This document shows, piece after piece, positions 20,189 through 29,548 of a stretch of DNA of 64,000 nt. The DNA is from an uncultured Mycoplasmatota bacterium (GTDB lineage Bacteria > Bacillota_I > Bacilli_A > RF39 > UBA660): contig URBG01000001.1 of NCBI GenBank assembly GCA_900546055.1, positions 21,169 through 85,168 on the forward strand. The letters run 5' to 3'. Below the pieces are notes generated by a model, which was not told the DNA's origin, did not search any database, and saw only the letters and a list, made by a program, of their open reading frames with translations. Position numbers and translations under genes: made by a program. Position 1 is the first letter of the stretch. The number at the start of each line of letters is the position of its first letter.

Positions 20189-20818
20189 TTAATTAGTTAT
20201 TTTAAATTTTTCTTCCATTTCTATTTTGGAATATTTACAACCACAATAATTTTGACGATATAAATTGTATTTTTTAGCTAATTCTGTACTACGCTTATAG
20301 CCTTCTCTCTTTTTGAAATCAGAATATAAATAATTTATTTGATATTTTTCAGATAATAATTTTCCGATTTTGTTTAGTTTTTCTGAGTCTTTATATGGAC
20401 TTACAGAAAGTGTGGTACAAAAGTAATCATAGTTGTTTTCTTTGGCTAATTTGGCGGTTTGTTCTAATCTAAAATAATAACATTTTGGGCATCTTTTACT
20501 GCCTTCTTTTTCGTCTTCTAAACCTTTAGCGATGTTATTAAAATCTTCTTCGTGATAACCTATTTCTAATAGTTTTACCTCTGGAACCATCTTGCCAATA
20601 ATTTCTTTTTGCGTTTCTAGCCTTTTTTGATATTCAGCTTCAGGAAATATATTTGGATTATAATACAAAACAGTTATTTCAAAATAATTGGTAAGGTATT
20701 CTAGGACATAGCTGCTACATACACCGCAGCAGGCATGTAATAATAATTTAGGCCTACCCTCAATGTTTTCCAAAATTTCATCCAATACTTTTTGATAATT
20801 AGTTTTCATTTGTTTCAC
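20189..20818 (-). CDS. queH: epoxyqueuosine reductase QueH (DUF208)
   Basis: LLLHACCGVCSSY… and C-terminal CGCxYS cysteine cluster typical of QueH. Confidence 0.8.
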   Translation of the reverse strand: MKQMKTNYQKVLDEILENIEGRPKLLLHACCGVCSSYVLEYLTNYFEITVLYYNPNIFPEAEYQKRLETQKEIIGKMVPEVKLLEIGYHEEDFNNIAKGLEDEKEGSKRCPKCYYFRLEQTAKLAKENNYDYFCTTLSVSPYKDSEKLNKIGKLLSEKYQINYLYSDFKKREGYKRSTELAKKYNLYRQNYCGCKYSKIEMEEKFKITN

Positions 20819-22223
20819 CTAAGTACTGATTAACAATGTTTTCTAAAATGCTTTTTTGAAATAATCCACTATTGAAATTACTATTTTGTAGTGGTCCAAT
20901 TATATTAGCTTGAAGACTATATATTTTTGAAATCGGTGTTAAAAGTTTTTTGTGAATGGAAATTAATTCAATATTAGAAAACTTAACAACTGTTGTTTTT
21001 TTATTAATTATTCCATTTTGAATAACAATCATATTGTTATCATAACCTATTTCTTTGGTTTTATATTGAGCAAAAGCAATGACAATTAGGAAAATGGCGC
21101 CAATTATAAACCAAAAACTTAATGCGCAAAGACCTAAAAATACTATGATTAATGGTAATTTGGCAAGCAAATAATGTACTAGAGCTTGCTTAGTTTGATT
21201 TTCTAATTTAATTTGGTTTTGATATTCAGGAACTATTTCATTTAAGATAATATTTTTTTCTTTTTCTTTTACATAAAGACTGATGATAGTTTTTTCATCT
21301 TCGTTTTCATTACCACCGAGTCCGGCATTTACTACTTCAATTTCATAGTAATTGGCGATTCTAGCTTGAATAGTTTGCTTAATAATTACTGCATTTATAC
21401 GATTGATTGGTAAACTATATTTATAGTTTGTAAAGGCACCATAAGATAATTTTATGGTATCTTCTGCTCTCGAAACTTTGAAATTATAATAGCTCAAATA
21501 GCTTTTTACTAAACTCCAAATTAATGGAACGACAGCAATAATTCCAATGATTATTATAAAGATTAAGCCTTGAGCTAATAAGTCATTGATTCCGGCAATG
21601 ATAATGAAACCATAAACTGCAATTAAAACAATAAAGGCACTGATGTCAACAGAAAGCCACATATGTCTAAAGACGTCTACTGGTTTATAAGAAACGACGC
21701 TATCAATTTCTTTGTTTTCAAGTTCGATATTTTTCCCCATATGTTTTAATATATCGTTTTTTAAATTAATAGCAACATCTTCTTTAAAAACCAGTTTACT
21801 GTTAAAGGAATTAGCCTCGCTCATGTTTAAATCGAATTTTAAGTTTGAAGTTCCTAGTAATTGTTCGATAATGTTACGTTTTATATTAACAGCAGCAATA
21901 TCTGATAAATGAATAGTTGTTATTTTTTTGAAGATTTTCCCTTTTTCGATAATTAGATTTGTTTTTTCAATATAAAGGTAAGTATTTCGCCATCCAAAAT
22001 AGAAAAATATTGCAAAAACAGCTAATGTTAGAATGAAAACTATAACAGCAGTTAGAATAATGTTGCCATCTAGGCTAGTAATATATGATGAGGTTTTTTC
22101 AATTCCTTTTGTTCCTTCGTCTTGGAATACTTGAATGAAAAAGTAACCAGCAATAACAATAATCGCACCTAGGCTACTTAGAAGCCTTTCAAAGATGATA
22201 GATGGATGCATTCTAGTTTTCAT
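20799..22223 (-). CDS. YdbT-like membrane protein with three bacterial PH (bPH_2) domains
   Basis: Repeated architecture of two TM helices followed by a PH-like segment; pairs with the preceding YdbS-like gene. Confidence 0.5.
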   Translation of the reverse strand: MKTRMHPSIIFERLLSSLGAIIVIAGYFFIQVFQDEGTKGIEKTSSYITSLDGNIILTAVIVFILTLAVFAIFFYFGWRNTYLYIEKTNLIIEKGKIFKKITTIHLSDIAAVNIKRNIIEQLLGTSNLKFDLNMSEANSFNSKLVFKEDVAINLKNDILKHMGKNIELENKEIDSVVSYKPVDVFRHMWLSVDISAFIVLIAVYGFIIIAGINDLLAQGLIFIIIIGIIAVVPLIWSLVKSYLSYYNFKVSRAEDTIKLSYGAFTNYKYSLPINRINAVIIKQTIQARIANYYEIEVVNAGLGGNENEDEKTIISLYVKEKEKNIILNEIVPEYQNQIKLENQTKQALVHYLLAKLPLIIVFLGLCALSFWFIIGAIFLIVIAFAQYKTKEIGYDNNMIVIQNGIINKKTTVVKFSNIELISIHKKLLTPISKIYSLQANIIGPLQNSNFNSGLFQKSILENIVNQYLGETNEN

Positions 22224-22731
22224 TTGGATTCTCCAATTTATGTTTTAATAAAGTGTTTACTTTGCTAACTATATCTTCGGCTTCTTTGGCGTTTAAAAAT
22301 TTAATGTCAACAACACCTGCGGCAGTGAATATATTAACATTGGATAACTTAAACTGACGGTCGATCGGTCCGCTACTTAGTTCAATTTTTTGAATTCTTT
22401 TTATTTGAATAATAGATCTCGTTATTAGAAATAATCCTTTTTTTACTTCTACTTTTTCATCAGTAACTAGATATTTATAACGACTATATCTGATTTTAGG
22501 ATAAAGTAAAATATTTAATAAAACGTTGATTAAAATAAGGGTTCCTAGGGTTATAGTTATTGTATTACCTAGAGTCCCAATATCTCCGGTTAAAAGGAAA
22601 TACATTATAATACCGCTTATTATAATAATAATTGCACCTGAGATTAATGCGTTAATACGCATAACAGTAATGCCTTTTTTGTCTAATGATTGATACATTT
22701 TATCACTCCCTACTTGTAAAAGCAAAGACAA
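22213..22731 (-). CDS. YdbS-like membrane protein, single bPH_2 domain
   Basis: 172 aa, two TM helices plus a PH-like domain; overlaps the YdbT-like gene by 11 bp. Confidence 0.5.
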   Translation of the reverse strand: MSLLLQVGSDKMYQSLDKKGITVMRINALISGAIIIIISGIIMYFLLTGDIGTLGNTITITLGTLILINVLLNILLYPKIRYSRYKYLVTDEKVEVKKGLFLITRSIIQIKRIQKIELSSGPIDRQFKLSNVNIFTAAGVVDIKFLNAKEAEDIVSKVNTLLKHKLENPNEN

Positions 22732-22814
22732 TGTTGCTTTATAATTATATTATAGCAAAAAACACTTGTTTTACAAATGTTTTTAAGAAAATAAAGGAAA
22801 TTTGCATTTAGGTG

Positions 22815-22843
22815 TTGACAAGGGCTTTTAAGGGGATTATAAT
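22815..22843 (+). promoter_or_regulatory. consensus sigma-A promoter (TTGACA-17-TATAAT)
   Basis: TTGACA at 22815-22820, exact 17-nt spacer, TATAAT at 22838-22843; AAGGAGG RBS at 22856-22862. Confidence 0.6.
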
Positions 22844-22868
22844 TTATTTTGCGTAAAGGAGGAATAAC

Positions 22869-23138
22869 ATGAATTATAATGGTTTAGATGATTTTTCTTA
22901 TAATGATTTGATTTCGTTTAAAAATGTGTATAAAACTGTACGAAATGTTAGTGTAAGTGTTCTTCCTTTTACTTTAGCATATGCAACTTTCAGAAATGAC
23001 GAAATTGGTGTCTTTCTTTTTGCTACAAATGCTTTATTGGCTGGAACGTGCGCAAAAACTGTTAAAACAGCAAATAATAAAATTGCAGAGAGGGATGCTT
23101 GTAAGTATAGTTTAGTTAAAAGACATAGAGCACATTAA
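22869..23138 (+). CDS. small hypothetical protein (89 aa)
   Basis: Framed by a perfect promoter, a strong RBS and a downstream palindromic terminator. Confidence 0.5.
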   Translation: MNYNGLDDFSYNDLISFKNVYKTVRNVSVSVLPFTLAYATFRNDEIGVFLFATNALLAGTCAKTVKTANNKIAERDACKYSLVKRHRAH

Positions 23139-23158
23139 AAAGTCAGAATTCTGACTTT
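23137..23158. terminator. perfect palindromic bidirectional terminator
   Basis: aaaagtcagaa|ttctgactttt with 11-bp arms, followed by a T8 run; lies between convergent genes. Confidence 0.6.
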
Positions 23159-24060
23159 TATTTTTTTATTAAACGTTTTGATGAGTGTGGTACACTTTGA
23201 GTATCAATTTTAGTATAGCCTAAGAGATTAAGAATGTCATCATTAGTATATGGTGATTCTATACTATCTAAAGCGAGATCAGCTTGAACTAATAGTTCTT
23301 CACGGTCAATAGTTTGTTTTATTGCTTGTGATACGTGATTAGCATCTAACTGTTCTATATTACCAGCAATTTTTTTATTACCTTTAGCATATTCGTAAAG
23401 GGCCATGCGTAATTGAATTCTAGTAATTGGGTCCATAATGAAACCAGTTATATCAATATCAAATTCATCAGTAAAGTCATGGAAACAAGTATGTAAATCC
23501 TCAAATTCGAAAGCCGGTTTATCTCCCATGCTTGCGAGCCCAAGGTATTTCCCCCATTCTGACATTTCTGGCATTGCACTTAAGCCACTGATAGTATCGG
23601 TTAGATTTACTAGAAAAGGAACTTTTCCTCTTGGGATTTTTGTAAGATTAAGTGGCCACATGTGATTTTCAATACTGCTTTGGATTGTTCTAGTTGTAAA
23701 GGCTGGGAAGAATTTTGCAGCATTTTGCGAAGCTTCTTTAGCATGGGTAAATCCATGTTTTTTAAACAACTTATCATTTGCTCTTTCTTCATTAAACTTC
23801 CATTTAAATGGGTAGAAATCATGAAGGATACCAGCGTAAGTAGCCTCAACTTGTTCTTTGGTACTAAGGCCTTGCTTTTTGGCTTGTAAATAGTCAGAAT
23901 AAGCATTATCTAGGCAATGTTCATAAACTGATAAGTCCTCATGATGCTCATAGGTAATTCTTTTTTTAAATTCTGGGTGTTCTAAAATAGGTTTTATTAT
24001 TTTTAAAAATTCTAGATCTTTTAAAGCATCTTGAATATTTTCGCGAGCAGTTTTTTTCAT
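23158..24060 (-). CDS. HD-domain phosphohydrolase-like protein
   Basis: H…HD signature (YEHHEDL…GILHDF). Confidence 0.5.
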   Translation of the reverse strand: MKKTARENIQDALKDLEFLKIIKPILEHPEFKKRITYEHHEDLSVYEHCLDNAYSDYLQAKKQGLSTKEQVEATYAGILHDFYPFKWKFNEERANDKLFKKHGFTHAKEASQNAAKFFPAFTTRTIQSSIENHMWPLNLTKIPRGKVPFLVNLTDTISGLSAMPEMSEWGKYLGLASMGDKPAFEFEDLHTCFHDFTDEFDIDITGFIMDPITRIQLRMALYEYAKGNKKIAGNIEQLDANHVSQAIKQTIDREELLVQADLALDSIESPYTNDDILNLLGYTKIDTQSVPHSSKRLIKK

Positions 24061-24126
24061 AGTGTATACTCTCCTTTGATGATTGTTATCATATACTATT
24101 TCTATGTTTTTGTCAAATAAAAAGGA

Positions 24127-24894
24127 CTAATTATAGCCCAAAAAGGTTTTTATAGTTTCAAAGTCTAATTGTAATAGGACAATAATAATGGCGCCGGCGG
24201 CTAAAAATGGACCAAAGGGTATTATATGTTCTGAGTTTTTCTTTAATAGGATTAATGATATTGGTAAGCCAATAAGTGAACCTAAGAAAATAGAAAAAAT
24301 AGTCATTGGATAACCTAAAACTAGTCCAAAAATGGCCATTAGTTTTATATCTCCCCCACCCATTGATTCTTTTTTAAATAAAATATCACCAAATTTTTTT
24401 ATAGCCCACATTGTGAAAAAAGCAAGAATAGCACTAACGAGACTTGGTAAAAGAGCGTTGAATCCATTTACAAATAAAATTTCAAAGCCTAGGAGAATTC
24501 CGAAAGTTAATAAAACACTATCAGATATTATCATATAATTATAATCACTGACAACGATTATAACAAGCATCGAAATAAATGTTAATGGAATAATTAAGTC
24601 TGGCGTTAGGCCATATATAAGGTAAGCTAAAGTGAAGAAAATACCTGTTAGTAATTCAAAAATAGCGTAAAAAGGGGAAATTTTTGTTTGACAGTGTTTA
24701 CATTTCCCTTTTTGAAAAAGAAAAGATAATATTGGAATTAATTCACTAGCTCCTAGTCGAGTATTACAGTTAGGGCAATGGCTTGGAGGGTTTACTATCG
24801 ATTCCCCTCTTGGAAGTCTAAAGCCAACGACATTATAAAAGGAACCTAGGATGGTTCCTAGGATGAACATAACTATACCATAAAATACTTCCAT
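24127..24894 (-). CDS. prepilin peptidase (A24 family, PilD/ComC-like)
   Basis: N-terminal CPNC…CxxC zinc motif, polytopic membrane domain with GGGDIKL. Start moved to the ATG at 24894 (MEVFYG), which has an AAGGAGG RBS. Confidence 0.8.
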   Translation of the reverse strand: MEVFYGIVMFILGTILGSFYNVVGFRLPRGESIVNPPSHCPNCNTRLGASELIPILSFLFQKGKCKHCQTKISPFYAIFELLTGIFFTLAYLIYGLTPDLIIPLTFISMLVIIVVSDYNYMIISDSVLLTFGILLGFEILFVNGFNALLPSLVSAILAFFTMWAIKKFGDILFKKESMGGGDIKLMAIFGLVLGYPMTIFSIFLGSLIGLPISLILLKKNSEHIIPFGPFLAAGAIIIVLLQLDFETIKTFLGYN

Positions 24895-24904
24895 AAGTTC
24901 CTCC

Positions 24905-26779
24905 TTATTGTTGAATAGCGCTATACATGTTGAACATTGGAACAACGATGGCCAGAACGATAACACCGACCATAACAGTTAGTAAAATAATCATTACTGG
25001 CTCGATAAAGGTTTTTATACGGCTAACGGAATTTCGATGTAAATCTTGATAATAAGTTGATACTTTTGCCATCATTTCAGGTAATTGACCAGTCTTTTCA
25101 CCAGTAACTATCATTTCATAAGCTGGGATTGGAAATGCCCATTGATCTTTAAATGCAGATGAAATTTTATCACCTTTAGCAATGTTGGTAATAGCGTCAA
25201 TAATCATCATTTTGTATATTTCGTTATTAGTAACTTTATTTAATATATCCATACTGTCAGTGATAAAGACATTGTGCGCTAGTAATGAAGAAAATGTCTT
25301 GGTAAACATTGTAACTTCATTATATATAATTACGTTTCCAAATACTGGAAGGTGCATGCCTATCCATTGAACTGTGGCTCTAAATGATTTTACCTTTCTG
25401 AATAGATACATGAAAATTAGTAAGAAAGCAATAAATCCAAGACCAATCCAAATAGCATAGTCACCCAAGAAGCTGCTTAAGTCAAGGACGAATTGAGTAA
25501 TTCCTGGAATTTCTGCATTATCCATGCTATCATAAATTTCTACGAATTTAGGAACAACATAAAGCATAATGAATAACCCAACACCAATTGCAACGATAAA
25601 GATAATTATCGGATACATCATAGCACTAACCATAGCTTTTCTTGTAGCTTCGGCTTCAGTATAATATGCTTCCATATCATCTAAGGCTTCTGGCAATTCA
25701 CCGGTCATTTCTGATGCTTTAACCATGTTTATTAATAATCTTGGGAAGGCGTCTCCTTGTTTACTTAAAGCTTCACTAAAGCTTTGTCCAGTTGAAAGGT
25801 CGTAAACAACACCTCTTAGGATTTTTTGGTAACTAGGGTTTTTAAATTGTTTTATTAAGATTTTTACTGAATCTACTAATGGAATACCAGCTTTTAAATA
25901 AGTTGATAATTGCGCTAACAAGAAAATTAAATCTTTTGTTTTGATCTTTGCGTGACTTGAACCATGAGATCCGTGAAATAGTTGAATCCATTTTGAGGTT
26001 TTAATACTATAAACAGTATTCCCTTCACTTAATAGGAAAGAGTGTACTTCGACTTTTGAATATGCATCAAAGTATCCAGTAACTTCTTTGCCTTCTGGAG
26101 TCCTAACTTCATATTTATATGTAAGTTTGACTTTACTTTTTTTAGCATCATCACTATTAAAATCAATTAGTAGTACTTCTCTGTTAATGTCTTTTTTATT
26201 TTTGGCTTCTTTAACAAATGATAAATTATTCCATTTGCGTTTAAAGAAATTACTAGTGTTTTTTGGTAAGTTGATAATTGAATTTCCGAAGTCTTCAAAT
26301 TTATCACCAATGGTTTTGCGTTCACGTTTAATGTTTTCATTGATATAAACGTTGTCGTCATTATGCTTTTTACGTTTAGACTCTTTTTCTTTGGCTTCGG
26401 TAATTTTTTCTCTTAATGCATTTTCTTTTTCTTTTTGAATTGCTTGCTCGCGTTTGGCTTTTTCTATAAGTTCTTCACGATGTTTTTTAGCCATTATTTC
26501 GCGTTCTTTAGCTTTTTTCTCACGTTTTTCCTGATTACTGTTGCGAATGGTTCCAAAGATTATTTGGAAAGTTAATACAAAATGCGATAAAACACTTATA
26601 ATTATTAATGGAAAGTTTTTAAAACCAAGTAATACGTATTTAAAGAATTTGCCAATCTGTTTTATGATAACTATTAGTCCTTGGAAGATGTATTTTATGA
26701 ACAATCCAAGTAATTTGATTATACCAGCAAAAAATTTGTACACATAGATACAAGGTAAAAGTAAAGTCTTTAGCCCCAT
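24905..26779 (-). CDS. GspF/PilC/ComGB-type platform protein with about 270-aa N-terminal extension
   Basis: The C-terminal 350 aa have GspF-domain topology with three TM helices. The N-terminal extension has two TM helices, a K/E-rich coiled-coil and an extra domain. Confidence 0.7.
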   Translation of the reverse strand: MGLKTLLLPCIYVYKFFAGIIKLLGLFIKYIFQGLIVIIKQIGKFFKYVLLGFKNFPLIIISVLSHFVLTFQIIFGTIRNSNQEKREKKAKEREIMAKKHREELIEKAKREQAIQKEKENALREKITEAKEKESKRKKHNDDNVYINENIKRERKTIGDKFEDFGNSIINLPKNTSNFFKRKWNNLSFVKEAKNKKDINREVLLIDFNSDDAKKSKVKLTYKYEVRTPEGKEVTGYFDAYSKVEVHSFLLSEGNTVYSIKTSKWIQLFHGSHGSSHAKIKTKDLIFLLAQLSTYLKAGIPLVDSVKILIKQFKNPSYQKILRGVVYDLSTGQSFSEALSKQGDAFPRLLINMVKASEMTGELPEALDDMEAYYTEAEATRKAMVSAMMYPIIIFIVAIGVGLFIMLYVVPKFVEIYDSMDNAEIPGITQFVLDLSSFLGDYAIWIGLGFIAFLLIFMYLFRKVKSFRATVQWIGMHLPVFGNVIIYNEVTMFTKTFSSLLAHNVFITDSMDILNKVTNNEIYKMMIIDAITNIAKGDKISSAFKDQWAFPIPAYEMIVTGEKTGQLPEMMAKVSTYYQDLHRNSVSRIKTFIEPVMIILLTVMVGVIVLAIVVPMFNMYSAIQQ

Positions 26780-26886
26780 ATAGACACCTTCCTATCATTT
26801 CTACTGTAAATAATTATAACATATTTTGACGATAAACAAAACATTTTTTTCGAAAAACATATAATATGTTAGAAAGGAGTGTGTAT

Positions 26887-27249
26887 ATGAATTATTTTAA
26901 TCCATATTATATGATGACTCCTATGGTTTCAGCGGCTCGTCCAGGTTTATTTAGCGCTTTACGTGGTGCGACAAGCGGTGGACTTACTTTAAGTAATATT
27001 GTAAATGGAACCCAGAAAACTTTAGGAATTATTAATCAAGCGATTCCAATAGTGAAGCAAGTTACTCCCGTAATGAGAAATGCCAAAACAATGTTTAAAG
27101 TAATGAATGAATTCAAAAAGGTAGAGACTCCTTCTACACCAAAAACCGAAGAAAAACAAAACGTAAGCAGTAGTACAAATGCGGGTGTAAGTGAGACTGT
27201 GGCAGAAAAAACAGAAACTATGGATGGTGGCCCAACGTTTTTTGCCTAG
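26887..27249 (+). CDS. hypothetical protein (120 aa)
   Basis: Start moved to the ATG at 26887 behind an AAAGGAG RBS; followed by a terminator. Confidence 0.4.
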   Translation: MNYFNPYYMMTPMVSAARPGLFSALRGATSGGLTLSNIVNGTQKTLGIINQAIPIVKQVTPVMRNAKTMFKVMNEFKKVETPSTPKTEEKQNVSSSTNAGVSETVAEKTETMDGGPTFFA

Positions 27250-27252
27250 TAA

Positions 27253-27285
27253 AAAAGAAAACTATATGAGGTTTTCTTTTTTTTG
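27253..27285 (+). terminator. rho-independent terminator
   Basis: aaaagaaaac / gttttctttt 10-bp stem followed by a T-run. Confidence 0.6.
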
Positions 27286-27406
27286 TTATATTATTTTTAA
27301 CTTTCAAAGTGACTTTTTGTTTTTTCACTCTTTGTTTTATCCAATAACTCCGTAAAAGTCAATTATAAGCTAAAAAGAATTTACAATTAACTTAGGTGAT
27401 TTTGTT

Positions 27407-27877
27407 ATGTTAATAAAGTTTAAAAGAATTAATGATGTGAGAATTGATAATGACTTAACAATTAAAGAAGTTGCTAAAATAATTGGTATTAGTCCTGATA
27501 ACTATTTTGATTATGCCAATGGAAGATCGAATTTTCCTTTAATTAAACTTAATCGATTGGTTAATTATTTTGAAATAAGTTTTGATTATATTACAGGACT
27601 TTCGGATGTTAAAAGTTGTTATCCAGGAAGCATTGACATTGATATTTTAAGAAAAAGATTAGAGATGGTGCGTAAGGAAAACAAGCTTTCGCAAGATGAG
27701 GCAGCTAGAGTTACGGGTGACAAACAAAGTACTTATTGGAATTATGAAAAGGGATATTCGACGATTCCATTATCTAAACTATATTTATTAGCTAAATTTT
27801 ATAATGTTTCTATTGATTACTTACTAGGTAAAACTGAGAACAGAAAAATATTGCAAAAAAAGAAAGTTGTTATTTAA
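27407..27877 (+). CDS. XRE-family HTH transcriptional regulator (two HTH-like halves)
   Basis: LTIKEVAKIIGISPDNY… and LSQDEAARVTGDKQSTYWNYEKG… HTH_3-like segments. Confidence 0.6.
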   Translation: MLIKFKRINDVRIDNDLTIKEVAKIIGISPDNYFDYANGRSNFPLIKLNRLVNYFEISFDYITGLSDVKSCYPGSIDIDILRKRLEMVRKENKLSQDEAARVTGDKQSTYWNYEKGYSTIPLSKLYLLAKFYNVSIDYLLGKTENRKILQKKKVVI

Positions 27878-28475
27878 CTTTCTTTTTAATTTTTTTAACT
27901 ATTCGTTTGTATTTAAATTTTTTAATCTTATTTTTTTCGTTCATTGATTTTACTTGATAATAATTAAGAAGTTTTCTCATATATGGAATATTGTTTATGA
28001 GAAATGGACTTACGATGTCATCACATTTTAGGCCTTTTCCATACTTATAATAAGCGATAACATAGTAACGTTTTTCTTTAATAACTAACTCTTTTTCGAT
28101 ATGATACCCTTTTTTGCGCATAGCTTTTCTAACTAAGTGAGTGTTATTGTTTGGGCTTAAAATTAAATCGTTTGTTATTTTATGTTTTAAAATATTAATG
28201 ATTGTTTTAGCTCCCATACCTGAAATTATAATTATTTCATTACTCAAATCAGGAAGTCCATCTAGAACTTTGGTTTTTACTTTGGCATTCGCTTTTTCAA
28301 TATTCTTTTGTGCTCTATTTATTGCTTCTTTTGAAATATCAGTAGCTAGACAATCACAATTTTTAACTTTATTTAAGTAAATATCAACTAAAGCATGGTC
28401 AGCGCCAACATCAATGACTTGGCTGTTTTCGGGAATTAAATCACAAATAGCCTGCAGACGTTTATTTATTTTCAT
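27870..28475 (-). CDS. trmK: tRNA (adenine22-N1)-methyltransferase TrmK
   Basis: N-terminal DVGADHA… SAM-binding start; position immediately downstream of sigA as in Bacillus (yqfN). Confidence 0.7.
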   Translation of the reverse strand: MKINKRLQAICDLIPENSQVIDVGADHALVDIYLNKVKNCDCLATDISKEAINRAQKNIEKANAKVKTKVLDGLPDLSNEIIIISGMGAKTIINILKHKITNDLILSPNNNTHLVRKAMRKKGYHIEKELVIKEKRYYVIAYYKYGKGLKCDDIVSPFLINNIPYMRKLLNYYQVKSMNEKNKIKKFKYKRIVKKIKKKVK

Positions 28476-29548
28476 TAGTCACCTAAATAATCTTTTAGTT
28501 TGCGACTGCGTGAAGGATGACGCAATTTTCTTAGTGCCTTAGCTTCTATTTGTCTGATACGTTCTCTGGTAACTCCAAATAGTTGACCAACTTCTTCTAA
28601 GGTTCTTGGTCTACCATCTTCTAAACCAAAACGCAATCTAATAACTTTCTCTTCTCTTTCAGTTAAAGTTAGTAATACTTCAGAAATTTCATCTTTTAAT
28701 AATTCGTTAACTGCAAAGTCTTCAGGGCTCATATTGGTCTCATCAGGAATGAAATCACCTAAATGTGAGTCATCTTCCTCTCCAATTGGTGTTTCTAAAC
28801 TTACAGGTTCTTGACTTATTTTATAAATTTCACGTATTTTTTCTACAGAAGTTCCCATTTTTTTAGATAATTCTTCTTCGGTTGGTTCTCTATTTAATTC
28901 TAAGGTTAGTTGTCTTTCAACTCTAGCTAATTTATTAATAGTTTCAACCATATGCACGGGAACTCTGATGGTTCTAGCTTGGTCAGCGATTGCTCTAGTA
29001 ATAGCTTGTCTAATCCACCAAGTGGCATAAGTTGAAAATTTATACCCTTTAGATACATCAAATTTTTCTACAGCTTTCATTAATCCAATGTTTCCTTCTT
29101 GAATAAGGTCTAAGAATAACATCCCACGGCCAACGTATCTTTTGGCAATACTTACAACTAAACGTAAGTTGGCTTCTGCAAGTGTTGCTTTAGCTGTTTC
29201 ATCACCGGCAATAATACGATCTGCTAAATCAGCTTCTTCTTCATTGCTTAATAATTTTATTTGACCTATTTCTTTTAGGTACATTCTAACGGGATCATTG
29301 ATAGTTAAATCTTTTGATAAAGTTTCAGTATCAGCGATTTGCTCGTGTTCATCATCATTAGGGTTTTCAGATACAACATGGATGCCATTTTCAGTAAAAG
29401 CGTTATATAAATCGTCTAAGGCGTCTGCATCTAACTCTAAGCCTTTTAATTTATCAGCTAATTCTTCATATGTAATTTGTCCCTTCTTCTTTCCTATATT
29501 GATTAATTCTTTTTTTCTTTCTTCAAATGTTTTTATTTCGTTAAACAT
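28475..29548 (-). CDS. rpoD: RNA polymerase sigma factor SigA/RpoD
   Basis: Regions 1.2-4.2 all present ([17 protein letters not shown]…, [18 protein letters not shown]). Confidence 0.95.
   Translation of the reverse strand: MFNEIKTFEERKKELINIGKKKGQITYEELADKLKGLELDADALDDLYNAFTENGIHVVSENPNDDEHEQIADTETLSKDLTINDPVRMYLKEIGQIKLLSNEEEADLADRIIAGDETAKATLAEANLRLVVSIAKRYVGRGMLFLDLIQEGNIGLMKAVEKFDVSKGYKFSTYATWWIRQAITRAIADQARTIRVPVHMVETINKLARVERQLTLELNREPTEEELSKKMGTSVEKIREIYKISQEPVSLETPIGEEDDSHLGDFIPDETNMSPEDFAVNELLKDEISEVLLTLTEREEKVIRLRFGLEDGRPRTLEEVGQLFGVTRERIRQIEAKALRKLRHPSRSRKLKDYLGD

Noticed and set aside
24895-24966. Longer prepilin peptidase ORF overlapping the GspF-like gene by 62 bp
   Set aside because: The internal ATG at 24894 follows an AAGGAGG RBS and begins the conserved MEVFYG… N-terminus. 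The upstream extension lacks any signal.
26866-26886. Longer N-terminus (MLERSVY…) for the 26887 ORF
   Set aside because: That extension would translate the AAAGGAG Shine-Dalgarno itself. The ATG at 26887 has the proper 7-nt spacing.
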